A stretch of DNA of 64,000 nt, from contig JAZKFH010000047.1 in the NCBI GenBank assembly GCA_040386535.1, forward strand, positions 64,001 to 128,000, read 5' to 3'. The position numbers and the translations under genes are program-made. This DNA comes from Myxococcota bacterium (GTDB taxonomy: Bacteria; Myxococcota_A; UBA796; SXON01). Of the stretch, positions 10,047-22,746 are shown piece by piece (position 1 is the first letter of the stretch; the number at the start of each line of letters is the position of its first letter). The notes below the pieces were generated by a model that did no database searches, was not told where the DNA came from, and worked only from the letters and a program-made list of their open reading frames with translations.

Positions 10047-11120
10047 ATGGGTGGAATGTTCTGGATCGGCCTTCTCGCGTGCGTGGTGGCGCCGCCCGTG
10101 GTCGCGCCCGCCCGCCCCACGCTCGGGGTCGCGGTGCCCCTGACGGGCCCCGACGCGGCGCTCGGGGTGGCCGCGCTCGACGGCGTGGCGCTCGCCGCGG
10201 GCGCGGACGTCGACGTGCTCGCGGTGGACGACACGGTGCCCGGGGCCGTCGAACGGCTCGCCCAATCGCCCGACGTCTTTGGGGTCGTGGCGCACGTCAC
10301 GCGCGGCACCGCCGAGCGCACCGCGCCCGCGTGGCTCCTCACCGACCTCCCCGTGGTGACCGCCGCCCCGGGCGCCTACGCCGGCCTCGCGCGGGTGGTG
10401 CCGCCGATCGAGCAGAGCGCGCGGTGCGCGGGCATGTTCCTCGACACGAACTTCTGGGTGCGGACCGACGGCTCGCCGAGCGGCATGGCGGCCGGCAAGA
10501 CGCTGCTCGACGCGGTGCCCGAGTACGCGATCGGCATGGACACGGTAGACCCCGCGCACGTGGCGAGCCAGGCCGCCAAGATGGCGGGCCGCCGCGCCAC
10601 CGTCACGTGGACCGGCGACGCGGGAGCCGGCGGAAACTATCTGCGCGCCCTGCGGACGACGGGCTCGGCCGCGCCCTTCCTCGGGGTCGGCCTGTACGAC
10701 CACCGCTTCCTCGCGGCGGCCGGCGCGGCGGCGGAGGGGGCACGGGTGACGAGCCTCGGGCGCCCGGCGCGGGACCGCGCGTTCGTGGACGCGTTCATGG
10801 CGAAGCGGGGCATTCCGCCCACCGGCCCCGCGGTCGACGGCTACGAGGCGGCCACGCTGCTGGTCGCGGCGTGGCGGGCGGCCGGAAAGGTTCAGGTGGA
10901 CGCGGGCGCGGCGGCCGAACGCACGAAGGTCCGTGTCGCGCTCGGCACCGTGGTGGCCGACGGCGCGAACGGGCCGATGTACCTCGGCTCGGACGGCGTG
11001 CTCCTGCCCGTGGTGTGCGCGACCTTCGTGGTGAAGGACGGCGCGTTCACCGTGGAGCGGATCGCGTCCGAGGCGGACCTGCTGACCGAGCCGACAGAGG
11101 AGCCCGGACCGAAACGTTAG
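10047..11120 (+). CDS. Periplasmic binding protein type 1 (LivK-like ABC substrate-binding), stand-alone
   Basis: 'LGVAVPLTGPDAALG', 'AAGAAAEG', 'GYEAA' motifs; start placed at ATG 10047 or 10056. Confidence 0.75.
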   Translation: MGGMFWIGLLACVVAPPVVAPARPTLGVAVPLTGPDAALGVAALDGVALAAGADVDVLAVDDTVPGAVERLAQSPDVFGVVAHVTRGTAERTAPAWLLTDLPVVTAAPGAYAGLARVVPPIEQSARCAGMFLDTNFWVRTDGSPSGMAAGKTLLDAVPEYAIGMDTVDPAHVASQAAKMAGRRATVTWTGDAGAGGNYLRALRTTGSAAPFLGVGLYDHRFLAAAGAAAEGARVTSLGRPARDRAFVDAFMAKRGIPPTGPAVDGYEAATLLVAAWRAAGKVQVDAGAAAERTKVRVALGTVVADGANGPMYLGSDGVLLPVVCATFVVKDGAFTVERIASEADLLTEPTEEPGPKR

Positions 11121-11159
11121 GCCTCTTCGGCTCCTACGCGTCCGGCCGGGCCGCCCCGA

Positions 11160-11570
11160 TCAGTCGTCCTCGTCCTCGCCGCCGACGGCGTCGAAGAACC
11201 CGTCCGGGTCATCGTCGTCATCGTCGTCTTCTTCTTCCTTCTCGTCGTCCTCGTCCTTCGTGGTCCACTCGACCTCACAGACCTTCTCCATCAAGGAGAC
11301 GATCTCTTCGCCGGTGTACTCGAACTCGTCATTGCTCTCGAATTCTTCTTCGAGCAGCTCGAGGAGCGAGGCTTCCATCTCGCCGGACGACTCGAGCTTG
11401 AGGATGATCTCGACGCCGTCGTCGATCTTCATCTCCTCGGCGACCGTGCCGATGAGCTCGATGACGTACGCGGCCACGGTCTCGCCATCCGGCGCGCCGC
11501 TTTGAGCGTCGAAGTACTCGTCCAGCTGCTCGACGAGCGTGTCGCGCATCTCGTGCGGGAGCTGCATCAT
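11160..11570 (-). CDS. Small highly acidic hypothetical protein
   Basis: 3' part of ORF 11160..12875; MMQLPHEMRD... with a GAGGA SD; host-like codon usage; poly-D/E tail. Confidence 0.75.
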   Translation of the reverse strand: MMQLPHEMRDTLVEQLDEYFDAQSGAPDGETVAAYVIELIGTVAEEMKIDDGVEIILKLESSGEMEASLLELLEEEFESNDEFEYTGEEIVSLMEKVCEVEWTTKDEDDEKEEEDDDDDDDPDGFFDAVGGEDEDD

Positions 11571-11645
11571 GGTCCTCGTCTCTCCGATGGCCGCGCGTAT
11601 AGCGGGAACTCTCGCAGCGATCAAGGGGCCGCGATAGGTTCGTGG

Positions 11646-12926
11646 ATGCTCAACGTTCCCCCTACCCTTCCGAACGGACCGGGTGCTAGCTCGGCTCCTG
11701 CCCTTCCGTCCCTCTCCGACGCGCTGATCGCGGCCCTTCCGAAGACCGATCTTCACGTCCATCTCGACGGCTCGCTGCGCGTCAACACGCTCGTCGAGCT
11801 GGCCCGGGAGCGGAACGTCCCGCTGCCGTCGTTCACCGAGGAGGGGATGAACGAGCTCGTGTTCAAGCCGAGCTACGCGAACCTGGGCGAGTACCTGGCC
11901 GGCTTCGCATGGACCTGCGCCGTGATGCAGGACGCCGAGGCCATCGAGCGCATCGCCTACGAGTTCGCGCTGGACAACTGGGCCGAGGGCGTGCGCTACG
12001 TCGAGGTGCGCTTCGCCCCGCAGCTCCACCAGCACGTCGGGCTCGATGCCCGCGGCGTGCTCCGCGCCGTCCAGAAGGGGATGGACCGCGCCGCGAAGGA
12101 GGTCAACGCGACCCTCCCCGAGAACGCGCTCCCGTTCCGCTACGGCCTCATCGTCTGCGCCCTGCGCGCGTTCAACGAGACCGCGTCGACCTACTACGGG
12201 CAGCTGATGCGGGCGCTCTCGAAGGCGCCCCGCCGCAAGGTGTTCGGCCTCGCGTCGCTCGAGCTCGCGCGCGAAGCGGTGTGGGCGCGCGACGAGGCGG
12301 GCATCCCCGTCGTCGGGTTCGATCTGGCCGGCCAGGAGGACGGGTACCCCGCCGTCGACCACGTCGAGGCCTACGACTACGCGCACCAGAACTTCATGCA
12401 CAAGACCGTGCACGCGGGCGAGGCCTACGGCGCCGAGAGCATCTTCCAGTCGATCACGCTGCTGCACGCCGACCGCATCGGGCACGGCTACCTGCTCTTC
12501 TCCCCCGAGCGCGTGACCGATCCGAAGATCGCCGACAAGGAGGCCTACACCCGGCGCCTCGCGGACTTCATCGCGGACCGCCGCGTCACGATGGAGGTGT
12601 GCATCACGTCCAACCTCCAGACCAACCCCGCGATCGGCTCGGCGGCTGAGCATCCGCTCCGCAAGATGCTCGACCACCGCCTGTCCGTGGTGTTGTGCAC
12701 CGACAACCGGCTCGTCTCGCACACGACGGTGAGCAACGAGATCCGCGTCGCGGTCGACGCCCTCGGGGTGAACCACCGGCAGCTGCGCGACATCATCATC
12801 CACGGGTTCAAGCGCAGCTTCTACCCGGGCACGTACCTCGACAAGCGGGCGTACGTCCGCCAGGCGATCGACCACTACGATGCCGTCATCGCCCGCTTCG
12901 CCGCGGCGGAGGCGCTGGAGCGCTGA
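11646..12926 (+). CDS. add: Adenosine deaminase
   Basis: LPKTDLHVHLDGS, YVEVRFAP, TVHAGEA, RIGHG, EVCITSN and CTDN motifs. Confidence 0.92.
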   Translation: MLNVPPTLPNGPGASSAPALPSLSDALIAALPKTDLHVHLDGSLRVNTLVELARERNVPLPSFTEEGMNELVFKPSYANLGEYLAGFAWTCAVMQDAEAIERIAYEFALDNWAEGVRYVEVRFAPQLHQHVGLDARGVLRAVQKGMDRAAKEVNATLPENALPFRYGLIVCALRAFNETASTYYGQLMRALSKAPRRKVFGLASLELAREAVWARDEAGIPVVGFDLAGQEDGYPAVDHVEAYDYAHQNFMHKTVHAGEAYGAESIFQSITLLHADRIGHGYLLFSPERVTDPKIADKEAYTRRLADFIADRRVTMEVCITSNLQTNPAIGSAAEHPLRKMLDHRLSVVLCTDNRLVSHTTVSNEIRVAVDALGVNHRQLRDIIIHGFKRSFYPGTYLDKRAYVRQAIDHYDAVIARFAAAEALER

Positions 12927-12963
12927 GGCGGACGCGGCGCGCCCGACCCCGCGGTTCGCGCGA

Positions 12964-14616
12964 CTACTTCTTCCCGAACAAACGGGAGAAGAAGCCTCCG
13001 GGCGCCTCGGCCGCGGTCTCCCGCCCGAGGCGCTTCATCTCGCGCGCGGCGTCGGGGTTGGTCGGGCGGAGCTTGAGCGCGGCGACGAACGCGCGCCGCG
13101 CCGCGGCCTCGTGCCCCGTGGTGCGCAGGATGACGCCGTGGAGCACCCACACGTTGTCGAGCTTCTCGTTGGCCTGCAGGGCGGCCTGCACCCGCGCGGC
13201 GCCCTCGGTGGCGGCGGCCTCGTTGCGGGTGTGCTCGAGGCGGAACGTGGTGAACCCGGCGTAGGCGTTGAACTCGGGCTCGTCGGGCACCGCGCGGACG
13301 ACGCGCGCGAACAGCTCGTGCGCGTTCGGCAGGCGGCCGGCCTGCAGCTCGGCCACACCCCGCTTGAACTCGGACTCGGCTTCGAGGATGAGGCGCACGC
13401 GCTCCATCGCCTTCTCGTCTTCCGTCTTCTCGCCGCGGATCACCTTGGCGATGTAGGCCGCGCGCCGCTCCTCGTTCCCGAGCACCTCCCAGGCGCCGCG
13501 CACCCGGTCGAACAGCTCGCTCGCGACGTCCCGGACATCGGCGGGTTCGCTGACGTAGCGATCGGGGTGGAGCCGCTGGGCCAGCGCGAAGTAGGCGCGC
13601 CGATGGGTCTCCGGGACGTCCTCCCAGCCGGTGCCGAGCACGGCGAAGTGATCCTTCGCGGCGCGGATGCGCGTGAGCGCGGGGCCGAAGCGGGTCTCCA
13701 TCGGGTCGACGGCCGGCTGCGCCGGACGCCCGGCGCCGAAGGTGACGGTGACGCTGGCGCCGCCGAACGGACGCGCGTTGTCCTCCGGGTCGGGCGTGGG
13801 GGCTGTCGGCGGGGGGCGGGGCGGCGCGGCGACGGGGCGCGCGGGCGGGACCGGCGAGGGGGCGGCCACGGGCGAAGGGGCGGCCACGGGCGGCGCGGGC
13901 GCGGTGTCGAGCTCGCCGCGGATCAGATCCGCGATGTCGTCGACGGTGAGCTCGGGCTGCGGCGGGCCGGCGGGCGCCGGGGTGGAAGGTGCGGGGGGGG
14001 CGGGCGGCAGCACCGCCGCGGCGGGCATGGACCCGAACACCTCGATGGACGACGCGGTGCTGTCCGACTCCACCGCGCCGAGCGCCCAGGCGAGGGCGAC
14101 CGCGCGGGCGATCACGTCGGGCTCGTCGGGGCCAAAATCGATCACGTCCTCCAACGGCCGCCCGCCGTCGAGCTCGAGGAGGTAGCGCGTGACCTCCGCG
14201 CCGGCGGGGATGCGGGCGAGCAGGAGGGCCTGGAGCGGCACGGCGCGGGGCGCGGCGTCCGCCGGCATCGGCGCGAGCTGGTCGGCGGCACCCCAGAGGA
14301 GCGCGATCGCATCGTGCGGCTCGAACGCGGGCGCGGGCGCGCCCGGATGGACCACGACCTCCCCGACGGCCTCGCGGAGCGCCTCGTGCACCCGCAGCTG
14401 CGCCACCGCGGCGGCCAGCGCCTCGGCGTCCAGACCGGGGACACGCTCGGCGATGCGCTCGGGCGACTCGCTCTTGAGGTTGGACTGCACGAGCACCAGC
14501 ACGCCCGCGCGGAAGAAGAAGAGGCGGCGGCGCTTCTCGTGGCGCCATTCCACCGCGCAGTTCGAGCTCTCCCGCACCGCGCGACAGAGCTCGACGGCGA
14601 GGCTGCGTCCGGTCAT
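12964..14616 (-). CDS. J-domain (DnaJ) + TPR protein with Pro-rich linker
   Basis: DHFAVLG...RAYFALAQRLHPD...AWEVLG J-domain followed by TPR-like helices. Confidence 0.8.
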   Translation of the reverse strand: MTGRSLAVELCRAVRESSNCAVEWRHEKRRRLFFFRAGVLVLVQSNLKSESPERIAERVPGLDAEALAAAVAQLRVHEALREAVGEVVVHPGAPAPAFEPHDAIALLWGAADQLAPMPADAAPRAVPLQALLLARIPAGAEVTRYLLELDGGRPLEDVIDFGPDEPDVIARAVALAWALGAVESDSTASSIEVFGSMPAAAVLPPAPPAPSTPAPAGPPQPELTVDDIADLIRGELDTAPAPPVAAPSPVAAPSPVPPARPVAAPPRPPPTAPTPDPEDNARPFGGASVTVTFGAGRPAQPAVDPMETRFGPALTRIRAAKDHFAVLGTGWEDVPETHRRAYFALAQRLHPDRYVSEPADVRDVASELFDRVRGAWEVLGNEERRAAYIAKVIRGEKTEDEKAMERVRLILEAESEFKRGVAELQAGRLPNAHELFARVVRAVPDEPEFNAYAGFTTFRLEHTRNEAAATEGAARVQAALQANEKLDNVWVLHGVILRTTGHEAAARRAFVAALKLRPTNPDAAREMKRLGRETAAEAPGGFFSRLFGKK

Positions 14617-16484
14617 GTCTTGCGCTCGCTCATGTCACGGAGCTCCGGCTCGAAGCTCCGGAGCGCCTCGCGCGCGGGCTCGAACTCGTGGTTCATCTCC
14701 ACGGCGCTGCGCAGGAGGCGCCGCGCGTCGTCGAGCTCGCCGCGCGCGCCGAGCAGGCGCCCCAGGTAGTAGAGGGCGTACTCGTCGTCGGGGTCGAGCG
14801 CGAGCGCGCGGCGCAGCTCGCCCTCGCCCGCCGCGGTGTCCTCGGGACAGGCCTGGTGGCGCGCCCACCCGAGCATCGCCAGGATGTCGGCGGCCTCGCC
14901 CTCGAGCAGGATCGCCATGTGGAACAACGCCGCCGCGGTCACGAACTCGCCGCGGAGGAAGAGCTCTCTCGCGCGTTCGGCCTGGAGCACGGCGTGGTCC
15001 TCCATCCCGATCTGGCCCTGCCGCACGCCCGCCTCGCCGCCGAGCCGGGCGTCGTAGATCGCGCGGCGCGCCGGGTCGGACAGGACGCGGCCGGCCTCCA
15101 GGGCGCGCTCGTACACGGCGCGGCCGCAGGCACGGGCGGCATCGTCCAGCGCGACGGGGTGTCCGTCGGGGTGGAAGCGGGCGAGCGTGGCGACGGTGGT
15201 GGTGTTGATCTCGTCGCTGTCGGCGTCGGGCTGGAGGCCGAGGACGGTGTAGTGGTTGGCGTCGAGCAGGGCGCGATGCTCGGCCCGCAGGCGGGCGGCG
15301 AGCGCGGTGGCGTCGAGCTCGGCGAGGCCCGCGTCCCGGCTCTGCGCCGAGGCGGCATCCTCCGAGAGGGACGCGAGGCCCCAGTCCCGCAGCAGGCAGA
15401 GCAGCGTGGCGGCGCGCGGGCCGGAGACCCGCACACAATCCCCGGCGGGCGCACCCCCGACGAGCAGGGCGCGCAGGACACCGAGCGAGTTGTCGGGATC
15501 GAAGAGGGGCCAGAGGGCGAGGACGGCCGGGTCGAGGCGGACGTAGAGGGGCAGCTCCGCCTCGTTGAGCGAGAGGGGCTCCTGCTGGAGGCGCCACGCG
15601 ATGATGGCGGGGTGCACGTCGAAGCCGGCGAGCCCGATCGTCTCGGCGGGATCGAGCACGTAGCGCCCTTCGGCGAGCTGTCCGATCCCGACGGCGCGGC
15701 GCAGCACCTGCTCCTGGAGCGCGCGCTCCACCGCCCGCCGCTCGATGAGCTGCGAGCGGAGCAGCACCTCGCCGAGGGGGGTGCCGCTCCGGCGCCCCTC
15801 TTCGATGCTGGCGGCGAGGTGCTCGGGCGAGAGGATGCCGAGCTGCAGCAGGACCTGCCCGAAGCCCGTGGCCTGATCGTTGGAGCGGGCCGCGACGGGG
15901 GCGCCCCGCGCGATGGAGAGCTTGGCGCGCAGGCCCTCGGCCCCCTCGGCCTCGAGTACGCCGGTGAACCGGGTCGTGTGGAGGCGGCGCAGCAGCGGGA
16001 CGAAGCCGCCGGGGACGAGATCGCCCTCCTCTCGCGCGGGGGGGAGCTCCGTGGCGTCGCACGCCTCGATCCGGGGCACGCGGACCACACCCGGGCGAAG
16101 GGACTCCACCGGCGCCTCTTCGGCCTCGGCGCGGGGGGAGATCGCCGCGAGCAGCTCGGCGCGGCCCACCGGCCGGGCGAGGAAGGCGTCGGCGCCGGCC
16201 GCGAGCGCGGCGTCCCGCGCGTCGGTGCGCGCGGAGAACAGGACGATGTGGACGCGCTCGCCCCACGGCGACATGCGGATGTGCGCGCACACCGCCGTGC
16301 CGTCGAGGCCGGGGAGCACCAGGTTGGCCACGACGAGCGCGGGGCGCAGCTCGGCGAAGCGGCGGAGCGCTTCCTGCCCGTTCTCCGCCGTCTCCACCTG
16401 CCAGCCGAATTCGACCAGCCAGTCGGAGATGACCGCCGTGGCGTCAGGATCGTCCTCGATGAGCAACGCGACCGGTTCGGCCAT
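14613..16484 (-). CDS. Receiver-DUF4388-like-J-domain-TPR protein
   Basis: N-terminal receiver fold (LLIEDD...AGADAFL), 'RFTGVL' DUF4388-like segment, NHYTVLG...FHPD J-domain, TPRs. Confidence 0.8.
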   Translation of the reverse strand: MAEPVALLIEDDPDATAVISDWLVEFGWQVETAENGQEALRRFAELRPALVVANLVLPGLDGTAVCAHIRMSPWGERVHIVLFSARTDARDAALAAGADAFLARPVGRAELLAAISPRAEAEEAPVESLRPGVVRVPRIEACDATELPPAREEGDLVPGGFVPLLRRLHTTRFTGVLEAEGAEGLRAKLSIARGAPVAARSNDQATGFGQVLLQLGILSPEHLAASIEEGRRSGTPLGEVLLRSQLIERRAVERALQEQVLRRAVGIGQLAEGRYVLDPAETIGLAGFDVHPAIIAWRLQQEPLSLNEAELPLYVRLDPAVLALWPLFDPDNSLGVLRALLVGGAPAGDCVRVSGPRAATLLCLLRDWGLASLSEDAASAQSRDAGLAELDATALAARLRAEHRALLDANHYTVLGLQPDADSDEINTTTVATLARFHPDGHPVALDDAARACGRAVYERALEAGRVLSDPARRAIYDARLGGEAGVRQGQIGMEDHAVLQAERARELFLRGEFVTAAALFHMAILLEGEAADILAMLGWARHQACPEDTAAGEGELRRALALDPDDEYALYYLGRLLGARGELDDARRLLRSAVEMNHEFEPAREALRSFEPELRDMSERKT

Positions 16485-16665
16485 GGCTTCGCTTCGCAAG
16501 CCCCTCGGCGCGAGTATAACGGTAGACGCGCTCGGGGTGGCGGGCGTGCCCCATGCAGCCTGCGATGTCGGGGCGCGGGGGGTGGGGATCGGGGCGGAAG
16601 TGCGGTGCGGGGTCGGTCAGATTCTGGTCGCCGGGCGTGCTACGTTTCGTGCCTGCGAGGCCCCC

Positions 16666-17295
<630 letters not shown>

Positions 17296-17338
17296 TGCCG
17301 GTCGGCTCGCTCGGGCGTTCTGGCGCCCCGAGCGAGCC

Positions 17339-17782
17339 CTACCAGGGCCGGTCGGCGCCCATGGGTGACTGTTCGGCGTCCACCCTCCAGGTGTTCGGCT
17401 GGCTGCGCACCCAGTGCTGCTCTACGGTCACGACGTCGACACGGCCGCGGCGCACGTCGTACGCCTCGATGCGCACCACGACGATCCCCTCGCGGGTCTC
17501 CGGCAGGCGCGCCTCCTCCAGCTCGTCGCCCACGACCACCTGCACCACGGACACGTCCGTCATGCGCACCCGCGGATCGGCGAGCAGGCGCCCGAGCTTC
17601 AGCTTCTCCTCGGGCGTCTCGAGGAACGCGGCGGCGCCGCCCGGATCGTTCCAGCGCACGGAGAGCCAGTAGTCGTTCACCGCGGTGGCGAGCGTCCCCG
17701 TGTCCCGCCGCTCCTTCATCTTGAGGCGTACGGCGGGGCTGCAGGCAGCCATCAGCAAGACCAACGGAAGGGCGACGCGCAT
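17339..17782 (-). CDS. Hypothetical lipoprotein
   Basis: Lipobox LMAAC; host-like codon usage. Confidence 0.7.
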   Translation of the reverse strand: MRVALPLVLLMAACSPAVRLKMKERRDTGTLATAVNDYWLSVRWNDPGGAAAFLETPEEKLKLGRLLADPRVRMTDVSVVQVVVGDELEEARLPETREGIVVVRIEAYDVRRGRVDVVTVEQHWVRSQPNTWRVDAEQSPMGADRPW

Positions 17783-17802
17783 CGCGGCGGATATATCGCC
17801 CC

Positions 17803-18111
17803 ATGCCCGTTGTCGCGCGCCTCGTGGTCCTCGCCCTCGCGTCCCTCTCGCTCGGCGTGGGCTGCACCCACCGGGTGGCGCTCCTCTCCGACCCCGTCGG
17901 CGCCTACGTCACGATGGGGGAGACCCGCGTGGGCGTCGCGCCCGTCGAGATCGTGGTGCCCGCCTTCGGAGGGCGCGTCGTGTCCGTGCAGCGCACCGGC
18001 TACCGCACCGTCGAGCTGAAGCTCCCCCTGCTCCCGCCGCGCGAGGTGGAGGTGCGCCTCGTGCCCGAGCACGGCGGCGCCGGCTCGTGGGACCCCGAGG
18101 ACATCGACTGA
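17803..18111 (+). CDS. PEGA-domain-like small lipoprotein
   Basis: Lipobox LGVGC; 'SDPVGAYV...G..P...V...GY' PEGA pattern. Confidence 0.65.
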   Translation: MPVVARLVVLALASLSLGVGCTHRVALLSDPVGAYVTMGETRVGVAPVEIVVPAFGGRVVSVQRTGYRTVELKLPLLPPREVEVRLVPEHGGAGSWDPEDID

Positions 18112-18166
18112 ACGGGGGCGCCGCCCGCCACGCAGGCAGGCGGCGCGTCACATCATTGGACCAGCA

Positions 18167-20008
<1,842 letters not shown>

Positions 20009-20135
20009 GGGTCGGCTCCGGGGGGTGGAGCAGGAGATAGGAACGCCTGCCGACGACGTCAAGCGCCTTCGTGGGGGGCCCGCGACCCGGGATCGGTGGA
20101 TCGGTTAGATGGGCGGGTCGCAGCGAGAGAACCCG

Positions 20136-22703
20136 ATGGATTCCTTTGCACGCCTGCTCGTGCCCATCCAGATCGAAGAGGAGATGCGCTCCTCCTACCT
20201 CGATTATTCGATGTCGGTCATCGTCGGCCGTGCGCTGCCCGACGTCCGGGACGGCCTCAAGCCGGTGCACCGTCGCGTCCTCTACGCCATGCTCCGCAAC
20301 GGCCTCGTCCACAACCGCGCCTACCGCAAGTGCGCGAACGTCGTCGGCGAGGTGCTCGGCAAGTACCATCCCCATGGCGACGCCTCGGTGTACGACGCGC
20401 TGGTCCGCATGGCGCAGCCGTGGAACATGCGGTACCTCCTGGTGGACGGGCAGGGGAACTTCGGCAGTGTCGACGGGGACAATGCCGCGGCCTACCGCTA
20501 CACCGAGTGCCGCATGACGGCGCTCGCCGAGGAGCTCCTCGTCGACATCGACAAGGAGACCGTCAACTTCACGCCGAACTTCGACGGCAGGAACGAGGAG
20601 CCCGAGGTCCTCCCGGCCGCGTTCCCGAACCTCCTGGTGAACGGGTCCGAGGGCATCGCGGTCGGCATGGCGACCAAGATCCCGCCGCACAACCTCACCG
20701 AGGTCATCAACGGCCTGCTCGCGATGATCGAGAACCCCGACATCGATATCGACGGGTTGATGAAGTACATCCCCGCGCCGGACTTCCCGACCGCGGGCAC
20801 GATCTACGGCTACGAGGGCGTGCGCGAGGCGTACAACACCGGCCGCGGCCGCCTCATCGTGCGCGGCAAGATCGAGTTCGAGGAAGTGGAGAACCGCGAG
20901 GCGATCATCATCACGGAGCTGCCGTTCCAGGTGAACAAGGCGCGCCTCCAGGAAGAGATCGCCGACCAGGTCAAGGAGAAGCGCCTCGAGGGCATCCACG
21001 CCATCCGCGACGAGTCCGACCGCCAGGGCATGCGCGTCGTGATCGAGCTCAAGCGGGACGCCGTGCGCGAGGTGGTCGTGAACCACCTCTACAAGCAGAC
21101 CCAGCTCCAGAACACGTTCGGAATCATCTTCCTGGCGATCGTCCAGCAGCGGCCGCAGATCCTGAACCTCAAGGAGCTGCTCCAGCACTACCTGGGGCAC
21201 CGCCGCGAGGTCACCCTCCGCCGCACCCGCTACGAGCTCCGCAAGGCCCGGGAGCGCGCGCACATCCTCGAGGGGCTGCGCATCGCGCTCGACCACATCG
21301 ACGCGGTCATCGCGCTCATCCGCGCGTCCCGCACGACGGACGAGGCGCGCCAGGGCCTCATGGACACGTTCGCGCTGTCCGAGGTCCAGTCCCAGGCCAT
21401 CCTCGACATGCGTCTGCAGCGCCTCGTGGGGTTGGAGCGCGACAAGATCGAGGACGAGTACAAGGAGCTCATGGGCCGCATCGAGTGGCTCCTCTCCATC
21501 CTCGGCAACGAGAAGGTGCTGTTCGAGGTCATCACCAAGGAGCTCGTCGCCATCCGCGACCAGTTCGGCGATGCGCGCCGCACCAACATCATCGGGGACA
21601 GCGCCTCGCTCACCCTGAACGATCTGATCGCCGAAGAAGAGCAGGTCGTGACCCTCTCCCGGCTCGGGTACATCAAGCGCACGTCGATGACCGAGTTCCG
21701 CATGCAGAAGCGCGGCGGACTCGGCAAGACGGGCATGAACACCCGCGACCAGGACGTCGTCACCGACATCTTCCTGGCGAACACCCACGGCTACATCCTC
21801 GCGTTCACCAACACGGGGCGCCTCTACTGGGTGCGCGTGTACGACCTGCCCGAGGCCGCGCCCAACGCCCGCGGTAAGCCGATCGTCAACTTCGCGCAGC
21901 TCGCCACGGGCGAGAAGGTCGCGAGCGTGGTGTCCGTCAAGGACTTCGGCGAGCCGCTCGATCTCATCTTCGTGAGCCGCCGCGGCTTCGTGAAGCGCAC
22001 GCCGCTCTCCGCGTACGGCAACGTGCGCGCGGCCGGCCTCGCCGCGTGTGATCTCGTCGAGGGGGACGAGGTGCTCCGCGTCAGCCTCGCCGAGCGCGGC
22101 GCCGACATTCTCCTCGCCACCAAGCGGGGCCGGGCGCTCCGCTTCGCCGGCGCGAAGGTTCGCCAGATGGGCCGCATCGCCCGCGGCGTGCGCGGCATCC
22201 GCCTCCGGAACGAGGAGGACGCCGTGGTCGACCTCGCGGTGCTCTCCGCCGAGGGCGTCTCCTTCCTCGTGACCGTGACCGCGAACGGCTACGGCAAGCG
22301 GACGGCCCTGGCCGACTACCCCACCAAGGGGCGCGGTACCGGCGGCGTGCTCGACATCGTGGCCGACGCCCGCAATGGGGACGTCGTCGCGACGATCGCC
22401 ATGGACGACGGCGATCAGCTGCTCCTCATCACGGACAGCGGCCGCATCATCCGCATGCGCCTCGAAGACATCCGGCTCGTGGGCCGGCGCACCCGCGGCG
22501 TGCGCCTCATGCGCCTCTCGGAGGACGAGCGCATCGTCGCGGTCGAACGAATTCTCAAGGACACGGCGGACGCCGTGGGGGATGCGCTCGCGCCGGAGGA
22601 CAAGCCGCCTGAGGCCGAAGCCGACGAGGCCGTGGCCGACGAGGTGGTGGACGAGGCCGACGACGAAGAGGGAGATGCCGACGAGGGCGAGGCGGACGAG
22701 TGA
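20136..22703 (+). CDS. gyrA: DNA gyrase subunit A
   Basis: GRALPDVRDGLKPVHRR, YHPHGD, catalytic AAYRYTE, GyrA-box QKRGGLG, acidic tail; alternative start 20109. Confidence 0.96.
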   Translation: MDSFARLLVPIQIEEEMRSSYLDYSMSVIVGRALPDVRDGLKPVHRRVLYAMLRNGLVHNRAYRKCANVVGEVLGKYHPHGDASVYDALVRMAQPWNMRYLLVDGQGNFGSVDGDNAAAYRYTECRMTALAEELLVDIDKETVNFTPNFDGRNEEPEVLPAAFPNLLVNGSEGIAVGMATKIPPHNLTEVINGLLAMIENPDIDIDGLMKYIPAPDFPTAGTIYGYEGVREAYNTGRGRLIVRGKIEFEEVENREAIIITELPFQVNKARLQEEIADQVKEKRLEGIHAIRDESDRQGMRVVIELKRDAVREVVVNHLYKQTQLQNTFGIIFLAIVQQRPQILNLKELLQHYLGHRREVTLRRTRYELRKARERAHILEGLRIALDHIDAVIALIRASRTTDEARQGLMDTFALSEVQSQAILDMRLQRLVGLERDKIEDEYKELMGRIEWLLSILGNEKVLFEVITKELVAIRDQFGDARRTNIIGDSASLTLNDLIAEEEQVVTLSRLGYIKRTSMTEFRMQKRGGLGKTGMNTRDQDVVTDIFLANTHGYILAFTNTGRLYWVRVYDLPEAAPNARGKPIVNFAQLATGEKVASVVSVKDFGEPLDLIFVSRRGFVKRTPLSAYGNVRAAGLAACDLVEGDEVLRVSLAERGADILLATKRGRALRFAGAKVRQMGRIARGVRGIRLRNEEDAVVDLAVLSAEGVSFLVTVTANGYGKRTALADYPTKGRGTGGVLDIVADARNGDVVATIAMDDGDQLLLITDSGRIIRMRLEDIRLVGRRTRGVRLMRLSEDERIVAVERILKDTADAVGDALAPEDKPPEAEADEAVADEVVDEADDEEGDADEGEADE

Positions 22704-22746
22704 AGGTAATAGTCCGCGCGCTTCGGCTTACGGTAGCATCCCTCCC

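Noticed and set aside
20136..22703. parC or an unusual orphan topoisomerase
   Set aside because: GyrA-box and acidic tail are present; separation from gyrB is common
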